A DNA stretch of 64,000 nt, from NCBI GenBank assembly GCA_001949185.1, contig BDGG01000001.1, positions 2,249,324 through 2,313,323 on the forward strand. The letters run 5' to 3'. The notes beneath the pieces are model-generated. The model saw only the letters and a list, made by a program, of their open reading frames with translations. It searched no databases and was not told the DNA's origin. The first letter of the stretch is position 1. Every line of letters begins with the position of its first letter. The position numbers and the translations under genes are program-made. This document shows, one piece after another, positions 54,318-64,000 of this stretch. This stretch comes from Ramazzottius varieornatus. Its lineage: Eukaryota; Animalia; Tardigrada.

Positions 54318-56114
54318 TTACACATCTATAGAGCTTTGTGGCGAATAATCAGCCGGAAGTAGCCTCTGCTGAGAGTTGGCTTGTGGAAAATCACTTTCTA
54401 TGGGTACATCGGGCGAACTTTGTGGGTCTGTGGTTGTCGGAGGACGCGGAACTGAGCTGATGATCGCGTGATGCTTTCTCCCACGGAAGCTCGACACATT
54501 TTCATTCTTGATAAAGAACCCGGCGAAGGCCAACGATAATTCCAGGATCCCCACTCCAATCTGGATCATGTTGAGGGTTAAGGTAACCTGCGGGTAATGG
54601 GAAAATCAGGGGATTATAATTTGATCATCCCAATATTCGATGCACCTTCAACAAATCTAATAAATGCTCGCACGGAAGGCAATCCTCAGAGGGCGAAAAC
54701 TCTTAGGATGTCTTTTTATTGAAAAGCTTTACTCCGCCCTTCAGCCAGAGTATGCGCAGATGGACTTATCTCAAGCGTGGGAAAGATGGTCATCGCTCGA
54801 AACTTGAGAGATTTCGGAAAAACAGACTGATCAGAGTTGGCTGCATCGGTTGATTGATTGGATGAGTGATGTCCGAGCCTTACGTACCAGTACTGGTCCT
54901 TTGATGTAGTCTAGATGCTCTTCGTAGAAAGCCCACCATAGCGATAAGACGTAGACGAGGTAACCTGTCACGCCCAGGAGGCTGGACGACATAAGGACCG
55001 CCACCGCGTTGAGGATCTTGAGGACCCGGAAGTGTTCTGTCAGATCGGGCAGGTACGATCCCGTTACAAATTTCCCCGCGCCGATACACAATACACCTTG
55101 GACAATGTAGGTAATGGCGGCGATGATACCTGTAAACAGAACCACGACGATCATTTCCATTCAGACCCACTTCACCGTCACTTTGTCCACGGCCCTATCG
55201 ACCTGAGAAGTATTGACGAGTAATTAAAAGCAGAATAGGGAGATGGGTACTTACCAATGGCGCTTTTGGCCAGTGTAGGAGCGTCGTAGTGCCAGTCATA
55301 GATAGTGTATTGTTGGCACATAAAGTTCACTGCAAAAGCCCAAACAATCGTTTAGGGAAATGTCAATACATCAGCGACCATTTGTCGCTGGATGGCTACC
55401 ATACATGATACTGCTCTACGTTAGCCTAGTTATAGATTCGCCCATTCAACTGCCACTGAAAAGGGAAGGAAGCTCAATCGTTAAAAAGAAAGCCATCGAC
55501 AAGCAAGCCTCTCCGAGCCATTTACTCTGGATAATTGTCCAGAAGAGACTTTACTACGAGCCCATTGCGTCGCTGTGAGTGGGAAGGGACCTCATAAAAA
55601 AGTTGGTGGACCGAAATGATATGATGACGTGTTTCCAACGGAGAAAACTATTTTGGACGACTTTCAAAAACAACTGTCCAAAATTAGAATGATTTTTGTA
55701 TGAGAACATGCACCTGTGTTGGTGATATTTTCCAAGTCCATCGATTTACTCGACTAAATTTCTCATACGTGGGTTTGTACGGATATACAGTAGCAAGGAA
55801 AAGTGAAAAATGAAGTATGTTGTTATCCTTCCATTCAGAAGGGTCAAGTGCTTACCTCCAATCTGAACTAGGAAAGCCAAGATGCCCAAGAAGATGTGGC
55901 CAATACCCAACACATGAAGGTAGTCCGCTGTGCGCATCTGAACCATCGAGCCGAATTTGTGTCGGGACGCTACCCGGCATGCTTCTACCCTCCAGAAGTA
56001 CGGCGAGGCTTTTGTGTATCTTCTGGCTTTGGTCAAGAGCCGAACGCGCGTACCCAGATTGTTTTGACTAGCGTCGCCATACGACTCCTTATCAAGCGAC
56101 GACGGTTCCAGCAT
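54318..56114 (-). CDS. Four-TM membrane protein, MS4A/CD20-like
   Basis: The spliced product has four hydrophobic helices: LGIGHIFLGIL, GIIAAITYIVQGVLCIGAG, LNAVAVLMS, GVGILELSLAF. It has a Pro-rich tail. The start is at 56114 or 55946. Confidence 0.65.
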
Positions 56115-58242
56115 CAAGTCCTTCGGGGAGTTATGTAGTAGGCAAGAAGGCTCACGACAGTCCCGGCAGTGATACGGCCCAGTAAGCGGCAAAGTGGGCA
56201 GATGCGTACACACGACCACCACGACGGTTGCTGATTAGCACATGGGGGAAGAAGGAAGCGGAAGTAGGAACTGTATCAATAATCGAGCTTGTTCCTCTGT
56301 TGACCGAAGCCGCATTTGTCCACACAATTTCCATGTAAATAAACCGGCGCGATGAGCCTAAACTCTGCACACTGCCAAAGCTCAAACGATGCCTGCTGAT
56401 GGTGGCGAGGAAGAATCGAATTGAAGGATGGAAAGTCCCCAATTGTTCAATCAAGCTTGTGGTCGTAATGACAGTGTAATTCAAGGATGACAGAATGGCA
56501 GGGGCTTATAAATATTACGTGAGGCTCGTTTGATGAAGTAGGAATGCGGTCTGTACGCGGAAGCAGCTCTTCCCTCTTTTTGTCAGCAAGGATTCCCCGC
56601 AACTGCGAGTTAGCTGTCAGTAAATCAGTTAAGCGCTAACCATACATTAGATGCTGCTGACAGCCCGGAAACGGATAACAAGTCAATTATCCCAAAAACT
56701 CTGTCCTTTTCAACCGCATCAATCAGGCAAACTTTTCCAGCCTGCATGATGATGCTAGCTAAGGCCAACTACATTGATGAACCAAACAAGGCGCCATACA
56801 ACCACCCACAACATTTCCGATTTGGTCGATCATCAGAGGGAAGAGTCGACGAGGAAAGACTGACAAGCCGATAAACCAGTCAGGAAACCCAATAATGCCC
56901 TGACAAAGCTCCCCAACTTGTTCAACAGCACCCACAGAGCAACTTGTCATGCAAATCCTGGTTGTAGGAGCCACTCAATTTGCGAGTCAAACGGGCGGTC
57001 GTTCAGCTTCAGTTGACGCAGACCAAACCTCACCATAGACTTACAGGTCCGAAAAGCAACACAAAAACTACCCATGTATGACGTCGCTCTGGATTTAGTG
57101 GATTCACACTGTCATCCGACTAAGTGGCTCTAATGAAGCTCAGTAGATTACTGAGTGCAACCATGCAGTTCACACACCAAGGGACCGTTTGTCGAAGGAG
57201 CTAGACGTTCCTTCGACGATCTGTCGAAAGACCGGACGACATCCTGGTAGTCCCTAATCCTGTTTAAAATCTTCCCTGCTTTTTCCTGTAGTCAACATTA
57301 GGCGCTAGGCCGTTGCATGACGCCACCAACTGTTTCTTTGCGGAGGCGGAAAAAGCAGCGCTTCATGGCATATTGGAGCCAATTTGCCATCGACGTACCT
57401 GTATGTGGAGGTCGATCGCTCGATGCTCCCTTTTCCACAAGCCCTAATATAAAGACAACATGTTCGAAAATTCTGCCGAGCATCGATATTAATCCGAATG
57501 ATAGAATAGGTTGTAAGGAAAAGAGTCATCCGCCCTTGCAGATATTAATCAAAGGACGCAGAACAATGTGGTCATCGGAAGGAGGAATCTCAACTGTTGA
57601 CAGCAGAACTTACGTGGGCATCGGTGTGCTAAGCGACGCCCCGGGATTACTTAGACAAGGCATCTGATGACTGCTTCTTCCGGTGACATCAAATTGAATA
57701 ATTCAAATTACAATATGGTTCAGCGTTAAATGTCGCGGACCTAACGCATGCGTAGCTGGAACCTCCGCTATTGCAGTATGGCTTGACCAAACCACATCCT
57801 CAAACCGAAAGTTCTCTGTAGTTCCATCGGCGCAGTAGTCTGAAAAACCGAAACAGACAGATATCGAGGACAGTTACTTGAACCTTCAACTGTTATAGAA
57901 TGATCAATGAACAATGAATGAACAACACGCGCGGTTCTCGGGCGCGCAGCATACGCCCTCTTCAGGTGGACGCTTTCTTTTGATCGGGTTCCTCGAAATT
58001 AGCCTTGGCCGTTCAAGACCCCAATCTGGCAAAAGTCACTTTGCCTTCAGCGATACCACCTAAAGATACAGTATTATGAAAACGATATTTGGAAATTTGA
58101 AGGGAAAAATCAATTTTCAGACTTCATACTTCTTCCAGATCGGTTTTTAACATCGTGCAGTGGCTTTAAAATTTTCGCATGGCATTGATAACTTGTTGTG
58201 AAAGCCGGACCAAGTGTTTTGGGTTTCGAAAGCGAGACCTGT

Positions 58243-59670
58243 TTAAGTTACTTGCTCACCACGTCGGAAATCATAGTCGCGTCCTTCCATGTAATACGAA
58301 AGTGAGATAGTTCCCGGCAAGTATCGATCTACAGTCAACATGGAGAGAAAGAAGCAAGTTCTCCAAGACAGCTCGTACCTTTTGAAAAAACGCCGGTTGC
58401 TGCTCAGTCTTGCACTATAATATGGCGGATGAGATCCTTCTCCATAAGTATATATATAGTCCAAGCGCCTGACGTACATTCTCGCTTGAAGTTTCTCGCC
58501 AGCTAAGTCTTTGTTTCCGCTGACAGCAAAGTACGGGACTGGAACTGCATTATGGAAGCTGCACAGGTCGCGGAAAAATATGGAAAGGTTCGAAGAGGCA
58601 ATCGTGGAAGACCACCTTAACTGTTCTTGGCTAGCGCGGTTCTTCTTCGGACGAACAGTTTGCGCTGGTAGAAAAAGTAAGCCCACTGAACATCACTGTG
58701 TCGAGATGCCTGAGGTTCTTCCACGCACGTGTCGAACTCTTTCGATTCATTTCACGATTGACGAATTTCCGAGGCAGGCGGCTGTGCATTGAGAGCGACT
58801 TTGGGATCAACCGCGTTGCATTTCCGCCTGCCTGCTTACTCTTCTTCAGTATTCCCTGTAGCGGTTTCTTGTCAGCTTCGGTTTCATGTTGCCGGTACGA
58901 CAACCGGAAATCAAAGCAAAGGGTTCGGCTGGTTTTCTGCTTAGCCAAAAGTCCGGTTGGAGCCCTGAAGACTGAGCGAATCCATCCACGATTTGCAAGC
59001 CCTAAAATTTATAAACTACTTATCCTATGTTACGGAAAGAACGTTGAAATAACTTTCACCTCTCTGTTGCTGTAACGGTGACTTCAGGGATCTACCACAT
59101 GCCCTTCCCAGAAACGCCTGATAGTGACTGCCTACCTTCCTAAACGAGGACCTCGAAACTTAGCGAAGTGAGACAGGATGTCCAAATGAAGATCGCAGTG
59201 GATGGATGCCCAAGTCAGCTTCTCGTCCATAGTAACATGTCCGCCCAGCTTTGTCAAACGAATGCTGTATCCGTCCCCGTCCAAGCGCGGCAAACAAGCC
59301 GGATGGAGCGAAGGGACAGAAGGTTGATCAAGTTATCACATTCCCTGTTGCCTGTTGAGACGGGTTGTCTTACCTGCCATTGCTTCTCCAGCAATACCGT
59401 TTCCACATCCTCTTGTGAATAGAAAACCACCGTCCAGCAGGTTTTGATCGACTTAGAAGAAGGATACTTGAGCTCTCTCACCTTGATAGAAGTGAAGACG
59501 TCGGTGGTCTGAGCAGGCTTGCGCAGCGTCGTGTCCGACAAGTTACGAATTTCCAAAGCACACCTTCCGCCGCGGCAGCCGGTCTCTGGCGAGTACACTT
59601 CGGTGTCCTTCTCCGGAACGCCCGTGAGTTCCATGCGTGTGAGCTCCCCGTTCTCCGGACCCTTCGGTGC
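58243..59670 (-). CDS. Possible uncharacterised or decayed gene
   Basis: Exon-like segment (LEIRNLS...CWTVVFYSQEDVETVLLEKQWQ|GTAAGA) with splice signals plus further ORF pieces. I could not assemble a stop-free model. Confidence 0.25.
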
Positions 59671-59921
59671 CTAAGAGCGGATCAGATAACATAAAAAAAG
59701 CAAAGTAAAGACAGTGGAAAGTTGTAGTAATGCGACACTGCATGGACATCGGCCATTCCAGTCATATCTCTCGAATGATTAGTCGATTGGTTTTCCGGTG
59801 GAGGTAATACTTTCATAACATAACATGACACACATCACCATCATGACGTAATCGCCTTTCTGGCTAACTTAGCGCTAGCGCTGCTCCAAGATTTTCGTTT
59901 CCTGACTTGCGAGTTATACTA

Positions 59922-60102
59922 TACAGATTGCGAGCGAAAGCGCACTAGCACAATTCGATACGCACAGGAGCATCGTGACATCATAGGAACAAGTTCGTCT
60001 CGTAGATTCTGTGTTAAAAGAGTCGCACAATGTTTACCTATGACGTGATGATGTTCCCGTTCGTATTGAATTGTGCTAGTGCGCTCTCGCTCGCATTCTC
60101 TA
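59922..60102. mobile_element. MITE (~180 bp) with ~64-bp imperfect TIRs, TA-flanked
   Basis: cagattgcgagcgaaagcgcactagcacaattcgatacg...tcatagg (59924-59987) is the inverted copy of cctatga...cgtattgaattgtgctagtgcgctctcgctcgcattctc (60037-60100), with about 10 mismatches. TATA flanks both ends. Confidence 0.85.
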
Positions 60103-60195
60103 TACTAACGTTAGTAGCTTAGTACGAATCGGAATCTCACCTGATCCCCTTATTAGTTTGTGGTATTCCTTCCCACGAGATTTGCTCCTGACTTT

Positions 60196-60606
60196 ATGAT
60201 GGTTAACCAGAGTTTTACTGTTGCAGCATCTCAAGAAGACGAGCCGGATAACCACGAAGAAGGAGCGGGCGACAGCTCTTCGCCAAACAGAGGAATCGAC
60301 CATATCCATCCCCATCCTGTCCCGGACCAGTCCACAACATCCAGCTCTTCTTCCGGTACATCATCGATAAGTATTCCTGGCACACCCTCGGCTACACCAA
60401 TCCATCTGGAAGGTTCATACCGTAGTTTAGCCCATACTGATCAGCTGAACTATCGTCTGCTGAACGACCATCTAGAGAGGATAAAGACCTCTCGTCAGCA
60501 CAGTCAATCTACACCACGATCTTCCGTTACTTCGTACACTGACGACTCCGACGATCAGTTACAGGATGGGTCTTCCGCTCATGGATTCGCAGCCCGAAGT
60601 AACTAA
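60196..60606 (+). CDS. Upstream ORF overlapping the GSS start (Ser/Thr/acidic disordered protein with one predicted helix)
   Basis: 137 codons (including the stop) from ATG 60196. An acceptor-like ttttactgttgcag ends at 60226. The stop lies 26 nt into the GSS CDS in another frame. Confidence 0.5.
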   Translation: MMVNQSFTVAASQEDEPDNHEEGAGDSSSPNRGIDHIHPHPVPDQSTTSSSSSGTSSISIPGTPSATPIHLEGSYRSLAHTDQLNYRLLNDHLERIKTSRQHSQSTPRSSVTSYTDDSDDQLQDGSSAHGFAARSN

Positions 60607-62487
60607 GTGTGGATTCTCTCTGAACGAGCACGAGAAGCTGAGTGAAACTGCATCAGTCCTGAAGGATGCTGCTGCGTGTTCTGGAATCTTTCTGCGTGGC
60701 TTGCCTCCCAACCAAGATGTCTTGCTGGTAAGAGCATAGATTAGTATGAAAATGGACCCAACAGCGATAAAACTGTCAGCTGTGTGTAGTTGCTGTCTGC
60801 CGGAAGAGCGTCCAGTAATTCCCGTTTCGACGATGCTCAAGTAGAAGATACTAGTCTACATAGTTTATGCTGTTGCGTCATGTTGTCATGTAATATCTTA
60901 CGTGCGAAAGTCATCCTGCAGTTTCATCCTTCACCGATGATCCACTGTACGTACGTACCACCACAGTCTTTCTTTTTGCAGACTCCTCCAATGACATTGT
61001 TTCCAGTATTACTGCCCGAACAACCTCTCCAAAGAATTCTAGACCTACAGACTCACATCAACCTTCTGCAGCACCGAATAGCCCATGACAAGTCCTTCCT
61101 CGTCTCTACTCTACAAGGAGCCGCTTCCGTCGATCCTTTCACCCGAAATCTCCTGCACATTTACCAGCAGGTAGATGTAGATGACCAGCTGGAACTCGGC
61201 TTGATCCGTAGCGACTACATGCTACACCAGATAGATGGAAAGCAGAGGCCCTTCGACATCACTAAGTCCGCTGAATATTCATACAAGCAGGTTGAAGTCA
61301 ACATGCAATGTGTTGGTCTGGCCGGACTCTCCGCCATGGTCAATGGTGTTCATAACCAGGTGTTAAAGTTCCTGGATGGGAAGAAAGTTGACCGACCTCA
61401 TGCCATAGAATCTCTCGAGCTTTATGGTGGTGGACTGCGGCTGGCTTATGAGGCTTACCTGAAGGAGTACTCGACTCAGACTGGCCGTCCTCCCGTCCTT
61501 CTTATAGTGGTCCATGATGGTTTCGAGTTCAATATCAACGACCAGAGGCTGATAGAGTTCGAAAGCAAGCTTCCTGCAATCCGTCGATCATTCAGACAGA
61601 TTGGACAGAATATTAGGCTGGACTCGAGGAACCGGAAGTTGATCGTCGAAGAGCGCGAAGTTGCTGTAGTGTACTACAGAACCGGTTATGCTCCAAGTAT
61701 GTGTTCTTTGCAGTGAATGGTGTACTTCGCATATTAACACACACAAGTGAACGATGTCTCGTGCTGCAGGTCAATACAGCGAGGAAGACTGGGATACACG
61801 GCTGATGATGGAACAGTCGAAAGCGGTGAAATGTCCCACCGTCGCACATCAGCTCTCTGGAACGAAGAAGATGCAACAAGAGCTTGCACGCCCAGGAGTT
61901 CTTCAACAGTAGGATTTTGATTTTCATGGCCAAATATTTCGAAGTTGAAGGAATAAGTTCAATAAGGAAGAATGAACTGAGATTAGTTGCTAAATACGGA
62001 ACATGGCGATTTTTGTTGTAGGTTTATTCAAGATGCAAATGTACGCAGGAGCCTGACGGAGACGTTCGTGGGTCAATGGGACATCAGCAAGAAAGAAGCA
62101 GAAGACGTTATACAGCACGCTCTGGACAACCCAGACAGGTACGTGCTAAAACCCAACAGAGAAGGAGGAGGCAACAACCATTTTCGTCAGGAGCTGATAA
62201 CAAAGATAAAAGAAGTCCGTGGTACTCCAGAAGCACAGAACTACATACTAATGGAACTGATACGACCACCCACACAAGAAAACTATCTCGTGCAGCCGAA
62301 TAGAGAACCGGAAGCTGCCATTACGGTCAGTGAAGTGGGCGTCTTCGGAGCTATAGTAGCCAAAGGAGCGAAGATTTTGTATAATGCATCAGGCAGAGAT
62401 GTACTAATACGCTGCAAGGCCAGCAATATTCTGGAAGGCGGGTTCGCCAGTGGCAACTCATGTATCAGCTCTTCGTGTGTAGTTTGA
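60581..62487 (+). CDS. GSS: Glutathione synthetase (eukaryotic type)
   Basis: Exons 60581-60727, 60982-61696, 61770-~61908, ~62022-62487. PMTLFP, LIRSDY, KQVEVN, NINDQR, YYRTGY.P, KCPT...[37 protein letters not shown]. Alternative in-frame ATG at 60566. Confidence 0.95.
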
Positions 62488-62512
62488 CTGATTGACGTGT
62501 ACAAAGCTGATG

Positions 62513-63844
62513 TTATCTGTGATTCCCATTGACTAATTTCCCGTCCCGGGATTCGCAGTAGACACGCTGCAAGAACAATAAAGGATGGTTGGCACGTCGG
62601 TCCAGCATTGGCTGCTGAAATGGTGATAGCTTACCCAGGGACCGTAAACGTAATCGTTGTCAGTTTGAGGATCATTTGGGTCGTCAAGTTCCAGCCTCGT
62701 TATAGACTCGAGGTCGCTTTCGAGCTCCTTCAGTTTGTAGCATTTGGGTATTCTTTCTTCGCTTCTTTGGACAGAGTGCTCTGTGCCTACACTTGTGTAG
62801 GAAGGATATTGCGTTTGAGAAGGAACACCTTGAGAGATGGCCGATGGCTCCTGGTGTACGGCGCACTCTGTACTGTGTTTGTGTGGGGGATGATGGTGAA
62901 GATCGCCTTCTTCTTCTCCTGCACCAGCGTCGGGGTCGAACCGACAACCGTAGCCTGTGTCGGAAGGTTGGTTCATTGAAGGAACCGATTGATAACGGTA
63001 AGGCCTGCCGCCGCCGCCGTCGTTCCGCGATGAGGTCACTGACTCTTTGTAGTTGACATTGTTCATCGAGTCCATCTCGATGGGAGGGTAGCGTTCGGTC
63101 GAGGTGGCGTTGTTGTTCTTGTTTCCGCCACCGGAATCTGCTGGCGTGAACCGCTGCATGGTAGGTATGCTGTGGAGCTTGGTGAGGGTACTCCGGATAT
63201 TGTCGGAGTTTTTGAAGACAGTGATAGTCAGCCAAACAAGACCAACAATGGAGAAAAGAAGGAAGAGTGTCATGATTGGGCTCGCAACCATCCCATCGAA
63301 GTATCTCAAGCGGCTCCATCTTAAGCCAGCAAGGAAGAACCCAGGTGTGGCTAGTCTCTCTAGCTCGAGCAGCTGAATGTGAATATCCTTCAAGTGCCGC
63401 ACTGCTGTCGGACAAGTAATTTTGTTGTCGTCAAGTGCCGTTGTTACTTCTGGAAAACGACAGAATGATGATACTGTATCTAACCGGTGCAAGAAGTACA
63501 GCATTTTGAGTCGAATATTCAAAGATAAAACTAATCACTGGATCGCACCAGGCTGATCTCGAACGTGAGTTTCCGACCGGAAGTGGATTCAGAAGAACAA
63601 ACTTACTGCCGTGAAGTGCGTTCAAATTATTAAGGTCTCCTGCGAAGTTTTCCGCTTCGAACTGTGTGATTCTGAGTTCTTGTCTTCGTATCTTACGATC
63701 ACAAGACATAAGACAAATTCCGGTGAAAGCGAAGGCGACGGTGAGTCCTCCAAGAAGGTATCCGCATAAGCTTTTGCACAATGCAGAATTACTGTAAACT
63801 TTTTGCAATGATGTCCGCGAGCGATTTGGAGTCCGAGAGTTCAT
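62513..63844 (-). CDS. Uncharacterised two-TM membrane protein
   Basis: TM1 YLLGGLTVAFAFTGICLM, a phase-1 intron, TM2 PIMTLFLLFSIVGLVWLTITVF and a long cytoplasmic tail. A last intron after GPW gives RVYCESRDGKLVNGNHR* ending at 62513 (the unspliced stop is 62533). Confidence 0.6.
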
Positions 63845-64000
63845 CCTAACTTCATGTTACATGTTGTTTTAGATTCCCGCTGCACCCAGAGAAGACATTT
63901 CGGTGCGGGATTGCACAGCTAGAGTCTAACTTTGCTTGGTAACATCAACGTCCCGGAACTTCTCTTTACTTTTCCGCTTCGACAGGTAGTACCATAGGTC

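Noticed and set aside
56430-56510. GGAAAGTCCCC ... GGGGCTTA resembling the RNase MRP P4 helix
   Set aside because: Only about 60 nt separate the two strands, too short for the rest of the RNA, and the other conserved regions are not evident. An Infernal search with the RNase MRP model would settle it.
59186-59232. MKIAVDGC resembling the DBR1 N-terminus
   Set aside because: The match ends after 8 residues, and no HG or other metallophosphoesterase motifs follow.
62684-63415. 243-aa alternate-frame ORF
   Set aside because: It overlaps the TM-encoding frame, and its Arg-rich composition is typical of an off-frame read.

Overview
Eukaryotic, gene-dense metazoan DNA with short GT-AG introns (many 55-200 nt). 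A compact invertebrate genome such as a eutardigrade (Ramazzottius-like) is my inference from density and gene style, not a database match. All protein-family calls below come from motifs I recognise by eye. Genes in order: PM20D2 (5' part, -), PTRH2 (+), an orphan 303-aa ORF (+), two tandem MP20/transgelin-like CH-domain genes (-), DNAJB13-like (-), then a transposon pile at 8.3-12.8 kb. That pile holds a palindrome-rich MITE and a decayed 5'-truncated LINE with a complete pogo/Tigger-like element nested in its 3' end. It is followed by RagA (+), eIF2A (-), PNLDC1/PARN-like nuclease (+), Daxx-like (-), NDUFS6 (+), PRP4 kinase (-), CAAP1-like (+), tRNA-Leu(AAG) (-), MIC60 (+), COA8 (+), ANKRD60-like (+), TOM7 (-), NOX5 (-), an aquaglyceroporin (-), an MS4A-like tetraspanner (-), a second MITE, glutathione synthetase (+) with an overlapping upstream ORF, and a 2-TM orphan (-). 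I do not see an unambiguous new multi-gene system. The best leads are: the 137-codon ORF overlapping the GSS start; five synonymously diverged RPRTGSN (RxRxxS) repeats in eIF2A; an operon-like PTRH2-orphan junction; altered GSS substrate loops; and the hairpin/tandem array inside the first MITE. The regions at about 36.6-40.6, 44.1-46.0, 53.0-54.3 and 56.2-58.2 kb could not be confidently annotated.
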